Assembly (NCBI GenBank): GCA_965116885.1 | Contig: OZ220741.1 | Span: forward strand, 2,080,001 to 2,144,000 | Direction: 5' to 3' | DNA from: Candidatus Latescibacterota bacterium | GTDB lineage: Bacteria; Latescibacterota; UBA2968 | DNA length: 64,000 nucleotides | Shown: positions 37,073 through 47,297 of the stretch, one piece after another | How positions within the stretch are numbered: position 1 is the first letter of the stretch | Layout of the letters: each line of letters begins with the position of its first letter | Position numbers and translations under genes: made by a program | Notes under the pieces: model-generated | What the model saw: the letters and a program-made list of their open reading frames with translations, nothing else | Told to the model about the DNA's origin: nothing | Database searches by the model: none

Positions 37073-39568
37073 ATGGTGAAAAAAATTTGCGTTGTTGGGC
37101 TTCTGCTCGCTCTGTGGGTTGGTGCAGAGGGGTATGTGCTTTTTATGGAGGAAAATTCGCGTGGGCAAATTGTGACATTGCGCTGGTCGCCTTCTCGGGC
37201 CAGGGCTGGTATTCCCTTTGTGGTCAATGTCGGGAGTTTTCCCTTTCCCGAAGCCGATGTGGTGCGGATTGCACAGCAGGGGTTTAACAACTGGGGCGCG
37301 GTGCCGTCGGCATTTATTACATCCGTATATGAAGGTACAACACAGCTTGAAGTGTCGGGCAATGATAATCGCAATGTGATTATTTTCGATGCTACGGGAG
37401 AGCTTATAGGAATACCTGAGGATGTGGGGTTCATTGCAGTTGCACTGATTACCGAGAATGACGACGGTTTTATTACGGATGTGGATATTGTTTTTAATGG
37501 GCGGGATCATACGTTTTCGATTGAGGAGAATACTACGCCTGAGGACTTGACCGATCTTCAGGCTGTGATGACGCATGAAATCGGCCATTTGTTGGGGCTG
37601 GCTCATTCTCCCTGGGTGGGAGAACCCGAACTGCGTGCGACAATGTTTCCCTATACTTCGTCCCAAGCACGTTCTCTGGAAGTCGATGACCGTGCGGGTA
37701 TAACGGCGTTGTATCCGGTTGAAGGGCTTACCGGTGGGATACGTGGACAAGTTCTGGATGCCGACGGTCCCACATTTGGCGTGCATGTGGTGGTTTATCA
37801 GGCGGACACTGTGTTTGTCGCGAGTGCTCTGTCGGGTTCGGCTGGGGAACAAAAGGGGCCCAATGGCGATGGGCGATATGAAATTCTCGGTTTGCCCCCG
37901 GGCGATTACCACGTTGCAATTGAGCCACACCATTTCGCAATTTCTGCTGATAATTTTGGCGGTATTTTTCAGACATTATATGAGGAAAGATTCGAAAAAG
38001 AGTACTATAATAATGCGTTTTTGCAGGACCGTGCTCAGATTATACGCGTTGAAATCGATCGCGTGATAGAAAATGTCGATTTTGCGATTGGACCTTCTGT
38101 GGCGGGCGCGCCTTTTATTCGGGAGACTATTTTTCCAGCCAATACGCCCGATCCCAATGGCCCCTATCGCTTTTCGGCAAGGGTGACCGATAATAACGGG
38201 GTGGCAAATGTCGAATTGCATTATCGGATCAATGGTGGGGGCGTGCAGGTGTTGCCAATGCCCCATACGGGTAACGATATTTTTGCTGCTGAACTCGACG
38301 GACAAAATGTGGGATCGCGGATTGAATATCGGGTGATTGCGCGAGACGGCGATGGCAATGAAACGCCTTCACCGCCACCTGAATTGCCCATGTTGCAATT
38401 CGATGTGATATCGCTTTCTGGAGCGCCTGTACTTTTTGTCGCATTGCGAGATGAAGATGTAGTGGCCGTTATCGATATGGGATCGGATGAAGAGGTGGCG
38501 CGCATTCCCACTGGCGTGGTGCCCTTGAGTGTTTTGATGACGCCGGATCAGCGCTATTTGTTTGTCGCCAATACGGGGGGATCTGCCGGTACATCTGAGA
38601 ATCGGGTCACAGTTATCGAGACTGCCACGCATCAGGTGGCGGCGAATATTACGGTTGACAATGCGCCTTTGGATCTCGCTGTGAGCGCAGATGGGCAACT
38701 GGTCTATGTCACCAATTCACAGTCTAAGAGCATTTCGGTTATCGAGGTGGCGAGTTTGACTGTGCGCAATCGCATTCGGGTGCCGGTCGTTAATGACGGC
38801 GGTCCTTATGGTGTGGCGATTCATCCGGATGGAAAGCGGCTTTATGTCACAGATATCCAGAACAATCAGGTGCTAATTGTCGATACCGCACTCAGGGCGA
38901 CGGTTGGTCGCATTGAAGTGATTGAGGATCCCCGCTCATTGGTTATATCTGCGGATGGGAAGCGGTTGTATGTATCGGGGGGGGACTTTGGTGACGTTGG
39001 CAGTGGCGGTATTGCGGTGATTGATACCGAGTCGGAGTCTGTGGTGACAACGATTCGGATGGATGCCGGGATATTTCGCCTTGCTTTATCGCCGGATGGT
39101 TCGCGGTTATACGGAACCGATCGCACGAATGCCCAATTGATCGTCGTCGATGTGGCGCAAAATCGCGTTGTGAATCGCGTTCGGGTTTTGCCCGAAGGTG
39201 AGGAGACGCGTTCTTTGTTTGTGTCGCGCGACGGGTCGCAGATATATGTGGCGAATCAGAATTCGAATGAACTGGTTATTTTTGATGCGGAGTCGTTTCA
39301 GATTCTGAGAACGCTGAATTTTGAAGATAGGCCGCGCGGTATGGCGGTGCGATCTCAGCCAGCTGTGTTTTTGCCTTTGAAGGAGATAGCCGCTCAAGCG
39401 GATTTCGATAGCAATGGCAAGATCGACTTTGGCGACTTTCTCCTGTTTGTTGCCGCTTTTGGTGCTGAGAATCCCGATGCGCGTTTTGACTTAAATGAGG
39501 ATGGTCAGGTCAATTTTGGCGATTTTTTGTTGTTCACCAGTGTTTTCGGAAGAACGGTAAGCGCGTAA
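37073..39568 (+). CDS. secreted matrixin (M10-like) metalloprotease + YVTN beta-propeller + C-terminal dockerin/EF-hand-like domain
   Basis: HEIGHLLGLAHS with Met-turn ATMFP; YVTN/LYV repeats; ADFDSNGKIDFGDFLLFVAAFG...FDLNEDGQVNFGDFLLF. Confidence 0.85.
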   Translation: MVKKICVVGLLLALWVGAEGYVLFMEENSRGQIVTLRWSPSRARAGIPFVVNVGSFPFPEADVVRIAQQGFNNWGAVPSAFITSVYEGTTQLEVSGNDNRNVIIFDATGELIGIPEDVGFIAVALITENDDGFITDVDIVFNGRDHTFSIEENTTPEDLTDLQAVMTHEIGHLLGLAHSPWVGEPELRATMFPYTSSQARSLEVDDRAGITALYPVEGLTGGIRGQVLDADGPTFGVHVVVYQADTVFVASALSGSAGEQKGPNGDGRYEILGLPPGDYHVAIEPHHFAISADNFGGIFQTLYEERFEKEYYNNAFLQDRAQIIRVEIDRVIENVDFAIGPSVAGAPFIRETIFPANTPDPNGPYRFSARVTDNNGVANVELHYRINGGGVQVLPMPHTGNDIFAAELDGQNVGSRIEYRVIARDGDGNETPSPPPELPMLQFDVISLSGAPVLFVALRDEDVVAVIDMGSDEEVARIPTGVVPLSVLMTPDQRYLFVANTGGSAGTSENRVTVIETATHQVAANITVDNAPLDLAVSADGQLVYVTNSQSKSISVIEVASLTVRNRIRVPVVNDGGPYGVAIHPDGKRLYVTDIQNNQVLIVDTALRATVGRIEVIEDPRSLVISADGKRLYVSGGDFGDVGSGGIAVIDTESESVVTTIRMDAGIFRLALSPDGSRLYGTDRTNAQLIVVDVAQNRVVNRVRVLPEGEETRSLFVSRDGSQIYVANQNSNELVIFDAESFQILRTLNFEDRPRGMAVRSQPAVFLPLKEIAAQADFDSNGKIDFGDFLLFVAAFGAENPDARFDLNEDGQVNFGDFLLFTSVFGRTVSA

Positions 39569-39590
39569 TATGCGATAATTCCCGAAAAAT

Positions 39591-39628
39591 AAAAAAAGCT
39601 CTGGATGCCCGGAGCTTTTTTCTTTTTG
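39591..39628 (+). terminator. intrinsic terminator
   Basis: aaaaaaagctctgg-atgc-ccggagcttttttcttttt. Confidence 0.75.
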
Positions 39629-39690
39629 CGCTTAGATTGTGGTGTATATTGCAATGGTGTGTGATTTTTTAGTTTTTTTACAAGGAGGAT

Positions 39691-40557
39691 ATGATGACGT
39701 TTGGACAGGGTGATTATGTCTATACGGTGGAGGAAAATTGGTGGTCGTTGCCCGAGGGTTGGTCGTTTGGGTGGATACCGGCAGTGGCTGTTGATTCGCA
39801 GGATCGCGTTTATGTGTACAGTCGCAGCGAGCACCCGATGGTGGTTTTTGATCGCGAAGGCAATTTTTTGTCTTCGTGGGGCGAAGATGTGTTAAAGGAT
39901 GCGCATGGCATTTATATCGATGCGGAGGATCACGTCTATTGTGTGGAGCGCAACACGCATTGTTTGCGGAAGTTTAGTTGTGATGGCGAGTTGTTGATGA
40001 CGGTGGGGACGCCCGATCGGGAAGGCGATGAGGGTGAGCCGTTTCGGTTGCCGACCGATGTCGCATTTGATTCTCAGGGGTTTATGTATGTGTCCGATGG
40101 GTATGGCAATGCGAGGATGCACAAATTCACGCCCGATGGGGAGTTGATCAAGTCATGGGGAGAACCGGGTACGGGACCGGGGCAATTTGATCTGGTGCAT
40201 TCTGTGCGGGTCGATAAAGATGACCGTTTGTGGGTGGCAGATCGGAGCAATAATCGCATTCAATTTTTCGATACTGAGGGTAATTTCCAGGGTGAGTGGA
40301 CGGGCTTACATCAACCCGATACTGTTTATATTGATGACGACGATGGGGTGGTTTATATCGCGGAGTTGGATCAGCGGGTGAGTATCTGGACGGTTGATGG
40401 CGAGAAATTGTCTGAGTGGGGGGGCGGTGTTGAAAGCGATATCCCGGGGGAGTTCAAGAAGTGTCCGCACGGTATCTGGCTGGATTCTCACGGCGATTTG
40501 TATGTTGGAGAAGTGCAGACAGATGCCCGGTTGCAAAAGTTTATTCGACAAAGATAA
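39691..40557 (+). CDS. NHL-repeat beta-propeller protein
   Basis: VAVDSQDRVYV, YVSDGYGNAR.HKF, WGEPG.GPGQF...H, VADR.N.RIQ.F. Confidence 0.88.
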   Translation: MMTFGQGDYVYTVEENWWSLPEGWSFGWIPAVAVDSQDRVYVYSRSEHPMVVFDREGNFLSSWGEDVLKDAHGIYIDAEDHVYCVERNTHCLRKFSCDGELLMTVGTPDREGDEGEPFRLPTDVAFDSQGFMYVSDGYGNARMHKFTPDGELIKSWGEPGTGPGQFDLVHSVRVDKDDRLWVADRSNNRIQFFDTEGNFQGEWTGLHQPDTVYIDDDDGVVYIAELDQRVSIWTVDGEKLSEWGGGVESDIPGEFKKCPHGIWLDSHGDLYVGEVQTDARLQKFIRQR

Positions 40558-40564
40558 GACAGTG

Positions 40565-41413
40565 ATGATTGAGGGTATTGTTACTTATGGTCGGATGATT
40601 AAATTCGGCCACAGTATTTTTGCCTTGCCATTCGCGCTTTCGGGCGCGGTATTGACTGGACACGGGATTTCGTCCGAGCAGGTGTTCTGGATTGTGGTGG
40701 CAATGGTGGGCGCGAGAAGTGCGGCCATGGGGTTTAATCGGCTTGTGGATCGGAAAATGGATGCGGCCAATCCGCGCACATCTAACCGCGAGTTACCGCG
40801 GGGGGTTATTTCTGCGGGTGCTGTGAAAGTGTTTGTTTGTGTGTTTTCTGCGCTACTCGTTTTTGCGGCTTATAAGTTAAATCCACTGTGTTTGATGCTG
40901 TCCCCCGTGGCATTGGGTATTGTATTTTTTTATTCTTATACAAAACGGTTTACGTGGGCTACGCAGCTTTTTCTCGGTTTGGCATTGTCTCTCGCGCCTG
41001 TGGGCGCGTGGATTGCGGTGACGGGACAATTGGATGCGAAAATTTTACTGCTCGGTGGTGCGGTGTTGATGTGGGTCGCGGGGTTTGATGTGATTTACGC
41101 CTGTCAGGATGCCGAGTTTGATCGGCAGTTTGGGGTGTATTCGATTCCACAGAAATTTGGGATTGGTTTCGCATTGTGGATTGCGCGAATATTTCATGTG
41201 ATTGCTTTTGGTTTGATGGTGGGCGTGGGGCGGGTATTTGAATTGGGGATGATTTATGTAGCTGGCGTGGTGTGCGTGGGATGTTTGCTGATTTACGAGC
41301 ATTATCTGGTGAGGCACAGGGATTTGTCAAAGGCGGGCATGGCGTCTTTGACAATGAATGGCGTGGTCAGTGTGGTGTATTTTGTGGGGACGCTGGTCGA
41401 TTTGTTGTTGTAA
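40565..41413 (+). CDS. UbiA-family prenyltransferase (MqnP-like)
   Basis: IKF.HSIFALPFA, RSAAM.FNRL.D...DA.NPRT..R.LP, YSYTKR, GFDVIYACQD. Confidence 0.9.
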   Translation: MIEGIVTYGRMIKFGHSIFALPFALSGAVLTGHGISSEQVFWIVVAMVGARSAAMGFNRLVDRKMDAANPRTSNRELPRGVISAGAVKVFVCVFSALLVFAAYKLNPLCLMLSPVALGIVFFYSYTKRFTWATQLFLGLALSLAPVGAWIAVTGQLDAKILLLGGAVLMWVAGFDVIYACQDAEFDRQFGVYSIPQKFGIGFALWIARIFHVIAFGLMVGVGRVFELGMIYVAGVVCVGCLLIYEHYLVRHRDLSKAGMASLTMNGVVSVVYFVGTLVDLLL

Positions 41414-41440
41414 TCCGCTGTATCTGGGATTCTGTTTGCT

Positions 41441-42037
41441 ATGAAACGAATTACGGTTGCAATTACAGGGGCAAGTGGGGCTATTTATGCGTTGCGCACA
41501 TTGCGCGCGTTGCTGATGCACAGGGTTGCCGTGGATGTGGTGATATCCGAATTTGGCTGGATGTTGCTGCGAGATGAGGCGGGCTTTGAGGGAAAACAGC
41601 GAGATTTTGGTGGTTTTATCCGGGAACTTTACGGTGTTTCGGTGGATAATATGGCACTGCATCCACTTAAGGATCTCGCTGCAACGCTGGCGAGCGGTTC
41701 GGCGCAGTCAGATGGCATGGTGGTGGTGCCGTGTTCGATGAAAACATTGGCGAGTATAGCCCATGGGTTATCGCGCAATTTGATTGAGCGCGCTGCAGAT
41801 GTCACGTTGAAAGAACGTCGGGCGCTCATTATCGTGCCTCGCGAGACGCCTATGAATGTGATTCAATTGCGCAACATGGTGGCGGTGGCCGAAGCGGGTG
41901 CTGTTGTGGTGCCGGCGATGCCGGCATTTTATCAAAAGCCGGAGACGTTCGATGATTTGGCGGATTTTGTCGTTGGTCGAATTTTGAGTTTGTTGCGTAT
42001 TGAGCACGATTTGTATCCGGCGTGGGAAGGGAACTAA
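41441..42037 (+). CDS. ubiX: flavin prenyltransferase
   Basis: AITGASG, ASGS, PCSM.TL, RAADV.LKERR.L..VPRETP, PAMPAFY. Confidence 0.93.
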   Translation: MKRITVAITGASGAIYALRTLRALLMHRVAVDVVISEFGWMLLRDEAGFEGKQRDFGGFIRELYGVSVDNMALHPLKDLAATLASGSAQSDGMVVVPCSMKTLASIAHGLSRNLIERAADVTLKERRALIIVPRETPMNVIQLRNMVAVAEAGAVVVPAMPAFYQKPETFDDLADFVVGRILSLLRIEHDLYPAWEGN

Positions 42038-44178
42038 AAGCCGACCGCTGATTGCTGGTAGCTTTTTTCCGTGAAGTGTGCCCAGCCTTTCCAGCGGTCA
42101 ATACCTGTCAGGCGCAGGTCAATTTCGTCGCCGACCTCTACGGGATAACCCGGATAGATGACGGTTTTGAAGGGGTGGTCGAGGATCTCAACGAGGACAC
42201 CGCGCATTTTGAGGTAGAGAACAACGGCGCGAAATTCCCGACCGAGTTGGTCTTCCCACGATTGTAACATTAAGTTGCGCGTATGTCGGTGAACCAGATC
42301 GTCAATGAGGTCCAGCGTTTCCCACATGCGGTAGCGCAGGGTGTTGAGGTCGTCAACTGAGTAAAGGGATTGCTCCGTTTTAAGGTAGTGATCGATCTGG
42401 CGTTGCATTGCGAGGTCGGTGTATCGGGTGGTGGGTTGCGTGATGGGACAATAATGCGAAATGCCATAGCCGTGATGTGTTTCTGGCGTTGTATTGAGGC
42501 CGATGTTTGGGGTCTGGCGGTGAAGTTCGTGGCGGCGGACGACGGGGTGGGGGATTTGTATGATGGATTCGATATTTTCAATGGGGTCGCGTATTTCGTA
42601 AATTGCGGGGATGTTTTTATTATTGCACCATCGCCCAACAGCTATGCCAGCGAGCAGGGATAGTTCGCGGGCAATGCGAAATGCGGGATTTGGGGGTGAT
42701 TGTTCCTCAAGGTCGTGTATGGTCGTTTGCCGCTTTTTGTGGAGGCGCGTGGATAATTGCGAGAAGAATTGTATGGCGCGGTGTTGCGGGTGAGCGGGGT
42801 CGTCCAGTGCTCGATCGATGTCTTCAGGTAAAAGGTCAGTTTTGTTTATTGCGGCCGTTTGCGCGATACAAAAATCTTTGAGGTGGCCATCCCGATTTAC
42901 GCGCCAGAAGATGCTGAGTGCTGGATGCGCTTTGTCGCTTTGGAATTGGCCCAGGTCGTGTGCAAACGGTAGCATGGGAATGGGATGATCGGGAAAGGGA
43001 ATGTGCGCCATGCGCTCGGCAGCGTCGCGGTCGATGTGTGAATCTTTGGGGATGAGTGCGCTGATATCTGGAATGTGTACGCCAAATTCTGCGCCCCTAA
43101 AGAGCCGGCGGCGGAATGAGAGGGCGATTTCTGGGTGATCGGGTGGATGTATCACAAAGGCGAGCTGTTTTTCGCGGTTGCCATAAGTGGGCACGAGTGT
43201 TTCTGCCTGGCGGATGACGAGGTCTGAAAATGCAGTTGGAACTTCGGCACGGAGTAAGTCGAAGTTTTGATCGCGTTTCCAGACTTTTTTTTGTATGAGC
43301 AATTCGACTGCAGATTTTTGGCGGTTTTTTTTCGTTTTGCAGATTTCCGCGATCAATGCCTGAGCCTGAGTTGCGTGTTGGGATTCGCTGCCCCATAATG
43401 CGTATTGTCTAATCTGTTCCAGATAGGTTTGTTGGCGTGGGGTTAGCGTGTGTTCTGCAATGGATTCGGCATTATTCGCCATGGCGTGGATAAATTCTTC
43501 GCGTTCTTCATCCCGATCTTTTCTAAGTTTGTCGCGTTGGTAGAGGACATTGACTTGACCAGCCGTATAGGGCGAATACGAGTTGGAGTTGGAAGATTGA
43601 GGCTGAAAATAAGGAGAGGCCTGGTGCAGGTGAAGATAGAGGGCAATCCACTGTGTGGCATCGGTTTCTGTGTTGTAGTAAAGGTCGGCGATTTCTGAAA
43701 GCGGAAGCGGGGTTGCAGATTCAATGGCGATTTCCCAAACGTCTTTGAGATCTATTTCTCGGCTCAAGGTGCGGACGGTCAGTGCATAAGTTTTGAGTGG
43801 TACATCGCGCGATGAGATACCGGTGAGATAAACGAGGTTGGTGTGGTGAAAGCGGAGGCGCCGGCCATCTTCTGATAAAACTGCGATTTCGGAAATTTTG
43901 CGGGGTAAAACAGCCTGGCAAGTTCCCAGGAGCAGGCGTTTTCGAAAGCGAAACAGGACGATTTCATCCTGGACAGGTGTGCCGGATAGTCTGCCTTTTG
44001 TATGGGACGCATCCTGGGAACTCGGTATTCCATCTTCATCCAGACGGCCCGTGTAGCGCTCGTTGGGTTGGTTTTTGTGTTCATTTCGGATGATCAGACC
44101 GTAGATGCGTTTGACCAGGCTGGCGTAGAAGTAGAGATAGCGATTGGAAATTGTGATTTCGCGTTTGGGTTTTTGCAT
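42034..44178 (-). CDS. RNB (RNase II/R family) domain protein, apparently degenerate
   Basis: GVHIPDIS, D.DA.ER, H.G.G...Y...T.P..RY.DL..QRQI, C-terminal S1-like domain; catalytic Asp cluster not found. Confidence 0.75.
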   Translation of the reverse strand: MQKPKREITISNRYLYFYASLVKRIYGLIIRNEHKNQPNERYTGRLDEDGIPSSQDASHTKGRLSGTPVQDEIVLFRFRKRLLLGTCQAVLPRKISEIAVLSEDGRRLRFHHTNLVYLTGISSRDVPLKTYALTVRTLSREIDLKDVWEIAIESATPLPLSEIADLYYNTETDATQWIALYLHLHQASPYFQPQSSNSNSYSPYTAGQVNVLYQRDKLRKDRDEEREEFIHAMANNAESIAEHTLTPRQQTYLEQIRQYALWGSESQHATQAQALIAEICKTKKNRQKSAVELLIQKKVWKRDQNFDLLRAEVPTAFSDLVIRQAETLVPTYGNREKQLAFVIHPPDHPEIALSFRRRLFRGAEFGVHIPDISALIPKDSHIDRDAAERMAHIPFPDHPIPMLPFAHDLGQFQSDKAHPALSIFWRVNRDGHLKDFCIAQTAAINKTDLLPEDIDRALDDPAHPQHRAIQFFSQLSTRLHKKRQTTIHDLEEQSPPNPAFRIARELSLLAGIAVGRWCNNKNIPAIYEIRDPIENIESIIQIPHPVVRRHELHRQTPNIGLNTTPETHHGYGISHYCPITQPTTRYTDLAMQRQIDHYLKTEQSLYSVDDLNTLRYRMWETLDLIDDLVHRHTRNLMLQSWEDQLGREFRAVVLYLKMRGVLVEILDHPFKTVIYPGYPVEVGDEIDLRLTGIDRWKGWAHFTEKSYQQSAVGF

Positions 44179-44206
44179 GGCTTTGCCTCGTCGCTGTTGC
44201 CCATTA

Positions 44207-44240
44207 GTAAAAAGCCCCGGTGTGTGACCGGGGCTTTTAC
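44207..44240 (-). terminator. intrinsic terminator after the DUF1501 gene
   Basis: gtaaaaagccccgg-tgtgtga-ccggggcttttac. Confidence 0.75.
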
Positions 44241-44262
44241 AGTTTCAGACGATGCCGGATGC

Positions 44263-45687
44263 TTAACGGTTTCGGTAGGCATCGACAAATCTCAGGAAAT
44301 CGCCAAATCCAACGTTGCCATCGCCGTCTAAATCGAATTTGGCTTCGTTGCTGCCGTAGGCCTTGGCAAATTGGAGAAAGTCGTTGAAGTCGAGTTTGCC
44401 GTCGGCATTAAAGTCAAATTTGGCGAGATCGATGGGTGGCGGTCTGAGAATGGGTATGTGTGACGTATTGGATGAAAAGATGTTCGAGACAACATCTTGT
44501 GATACGTCAAACCAATCGTTGAGTACCGAGGCATAGACATGGCGAAAGTCGTGATCGTAGTAAAAGTCACCACGCCTGTCAACTTGTTCAAAGTTGGGGG
44601 CTGGACCCGCAATGCCCGCATTGACCGATGGGCCAAAGAAGAACATGGGCGCTGATGTGCCGTGATCGGTGCCTGCGCTGCCGTTTTCTTTTGTTCGACG
44701 ACCAAATTCCGAAATGCTCATGCCGAGTACGCGGTCTTGTAACTGGTGTTGCCGCAGGTCTTGAACAAAAGACGTGACTGCTTCGTTGAGATATCCCATC
44801 AAGGTGTTGTGGCGGTTGAGCTGATTGGAGTGTGTGTCGTATCCGCCCTGTGAGACCAGATACACTTTGGATTGTAAGCCGCCAGCGATCAGCCGCGCGA
44901 CCAGACTGAGCTGGTTGGCGAGCGAATTACCAGAGGGATATTCAACTCTGTTCGCGCCTTTATTTGCGGCATCTCGGACTTGTGAGGAATATTGCAGGGA
45001 TTCAAAGTTGATGCGGCGGATAAAGTCGAGTTCATATCCAGCCGGTGAGGGGATTTTACCGTCTTCGATAATTTTGTTGCCCTGCTCCACGAGATTGACA
45101 AATTGCCTGGGGTTGCGCAGGGCGATGCCCATGGCACCGTTTTTACCCAATAGGGCAAGAGAAAGTACGGGGCCGATGTCAACTGCGAGAGGTTGTTCTG
45201 GCAGGGTGTCTGGGAAGCCCGGAGTCTGGGATTCAAAATAGCGCCCCAGCCAACCGTGGTTCAAAAATTCGTTGGAATTTGATGCGGTCAACCAGATGTC
45301 GGTTGAACGGAAGTGCGATCGGTTGGGGTTGGGATATCCCACTCCCTGCATGACCATCAACTGACCTTCGTCGTAGAGTTCTTTGAATCCGGTGAGTTGG
45401 GGGTGCAGGCCCTGTGTTGGGGTGAGTCTGAGGGCTTCTTCTTTTGTGATGTGGATTTTGGGACGCGCCTGGTAATAGGCGTCGTTTTCAAAATTGACCA
45501 GGGTGTTGAGGCCGTCGTTACCGCCATTGAGGCGAATGATAACGAGCACGCGGTCGGTCTCGCTGAGGGCTGTTGCAGCCAGGGGGCCAATAGCTTCGGC
45601 GCGCCCATAAGCCCGCGTCATAAAACCGCCCAGCGCAAACCCGGCACCACCGCGGGTCGCATTTTTCATAAAGTCGCGTCTGTTCAT
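44263..45687 (-). CDS. Tat-exported DUF1501 protein with C-terminal dockerin/EF-hand-like domain
   Basis: MNRRDFMK twin-arginine signal; GGNDGLNT, NRSHFRS, GGYDTH, SEFGR, GTDHG; FDFNADGKLDFNDFLQFA...FDLDGDGNVGFGDFLRF. Confidence 0.9.
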   Translation of the reverse strand: MNRRDFMKNATRGGAGFALGGFMTRAYGRAEAIGPLAATALSETDRVLVIIRLNGGNDGLNTLVNFENDAYYQARPKIHITKEEALRLTPTQGLHPQLTGFKELYDEGQLMVMQGVGYPNPNRSHFRSTDIWLTASNSNEFLNHGWLGRYFESQTPGFPDTLPEQPLAVDIGPVLSLALLGKNGAMGIALRNPRQFVNLVEQGNKIIEDGKIPSPAGYELDFIRRINFESLQYSSQVRDAANKGANRVEYPSGNSLANQLSLVARLIAGGLQSKVYLVSQGGYDTHSNQLNRHNTLMGYLNEAVTSFVQDLRQHQLQDRVLGMSISEFGRRTKENGSAGTDHGTSAPMFFFGPSVNAGIAGPAPNFEQVDRRGDFYYDHDFRHVYASVLNDWFDVSQDVVSNIFSSNTSHIPILRPPPIDLAKFDFNADGKLDFNDFLQFAKAYGSNEAKFDLDGDGNVGFGDFLRFVDAYRNR

Positions 45688-45708
45688 AACGAGCTCCTTG
45701 CCTCAAGT

Positions 45709-47181
45709 CTAATTCAGTTGATAGTCGGGCAATTCAAAGATGAGTTTGAGAATATTTTTGATGCGTCGAGGTGCTGCAACAGCGTCGGGATTCCAGTCAT
45801 AGACATCGGCGCCTTCGAGTAGCGTTTCCAAAAACATTTCGCGGCGATAATCGTCAACTGGAAAGGCGGTCAGGCATTCTCCCATGGCGCGAACGAGTTT
45901 TTCCGCGTCGTAGGGATCGGGAAATGCCTTGACGAATCCCACAGTGTCCGGGTTGAGGATGGTGTAACGGTTGGGATTGCGCGGTTTGGCATCGACAATC
46001 TCGTCGGTCATTTTGTGGCGTTCGGGCAATGTTGACGTGCTGATCCACAGCCGATACCCCGGCCACCCGGCGACATTGGGCGGATCGAGCAGTTTCTGAC
46101 CGAGCACCTGGGCGATGTAAACGAGGTATTGGGAACTGATGCTTCTGCCTGCGCCAGCTTTGAAACCGAGACTGCGCGCTGTGCCAGCGACGAGTTCGAC
46201 GGGATTCTTGATTTTGGCGCCGATGGTGGCTGGGTCGAAAAAGTGCTGGCTCAAGAGCAATGTCTTCAGCACGGGTTTGATTTCGTAATCGTTGTCGCGC
46301 ATGATTTGCGCGAGTTCCGAGACGACGTTTTTGTCTGGATGCTCATAGACAAATTCGCGATAGAGTTTGCCGCATATAAATTCGGCTGTGATTTCTTGTT
46401 GGAAGATGATGTCGATAATGTCTTGTTCATTGAAGTTGCCGGTTTGCCCCAGGAATGTCTTCTGGCCTTTGTCGAATCGATTTTCTCTAAAAGTGGGTTG
46501 TTTGCCTACGACAATCCACCCCGTGAGCGCTCGGGCCGCTTCTCCGATGTCGTGTTCTGTGTAGCCACCACCTTCGCCCATGGTGAACAGTTCCATGAGT
46601 TCTCGGGCGTAGTTTTCATTGGGTCTGCCCACTCTGTTGGAGTTGCTGTCGAGATAGTAGATCATGGCCGGATCGCGCGTGACACCCTCAACTATTGTTT
46701 TAAAATTGCCGACGGCGTGTTTGCGGAACAGGAAATTTTGAAGATACACCCACTGTGGGCGTCTGACATCTTTGGCCTGGGTGGCAAAGTGATCGTGCCA
46801 GAAGAGCACCATGCGCTCTTGAATTGAGAACCCCTGATTGACGATGAGTTCCATCCACCAGGCGCGGGTCTGGTCAACGCGCGCACGCTCAATTTTGCGC
46901 TGGTCTTGATTGGGTTTTTGAAATGGGTCTTCGTTGACCCAATTATCGGGTGGATTGGGTGGCAAAAAAGGTATTTCCAGAAGGCGATCTACAACGGCTT
47001 CTGGCGTGCTTTGCACGGCTTCTGCAATTTCTCTTGGCGTTGGGCCAATGAGGGTGCGCCGCAAGAGGTGTGCCGCCCGGTGCTCATTCCACGGCTGTTC
47101 TGCCGAGGGGATATAAGGTTCGAGTCCCGTGGATGCATACGCAAGTTTGGGCGCAACAGGAAAATGTTTGCGGTTGGACAC
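45709..47181 (-). CDS. DUF1800 family protein
   Basis: AAHLLRR, ERM.LFWH.HFAT, PAM..YLD, PNENYARELMELFTMG, PPNVAGW. Confidence 0.92.
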   Translation of the reverse strand: MSNRKHFPVAPKLAYASTGLEPYIPSAEQPWNEHRAAHLLRRTLIGPTPREIAEAVQSTPEAVVDRLLEIPFLPPNPPDNWVNEDPFQKPNQDQRKIERARVDQTRAWWMELIVNQGFSIQERMVLFWHDHFATQAKDVRRPQWVYLQNFLFRKHAVGNFKTIVEGVTRDPAMIYYLDSNSNRVGRPNENYARELMELFTMGEGGGYTEHDIGEAARALTGWIVVGKQPTFRENRFDKGQKTFLGQTGNFNEQDIIDIIFQQEITAEFICGKLYREFVYEHPDKNVVSELAQIMRDNDYEIKPVLKTLLLSQHFFDPATIGAKIKNPVELVAGTARSLGFKAGAGRSISSQYLVYIAQVLGQKLLDPPNVAGWPGYRLWISTSTLPERHKMTDEIVDAKPRNPNRYTILNPDTVGFVKAFPDPYDAEKLVRAMGECLTAFPVDDYRREMFLETLLEGADVYDWNPDAVAAPRRIKNILKLIFELPDYQLN

Positions 47182-47297
47182 GAATGCTCCTCCTCTTGAT
47201 CTAAAATGCTGGTGATTTGGTTCTAATCATTAAGCACATGTATAAAATGATAAATTTTTGTTATTAGTGCAAGTTAATATTTGTAAATACCAAAGCC

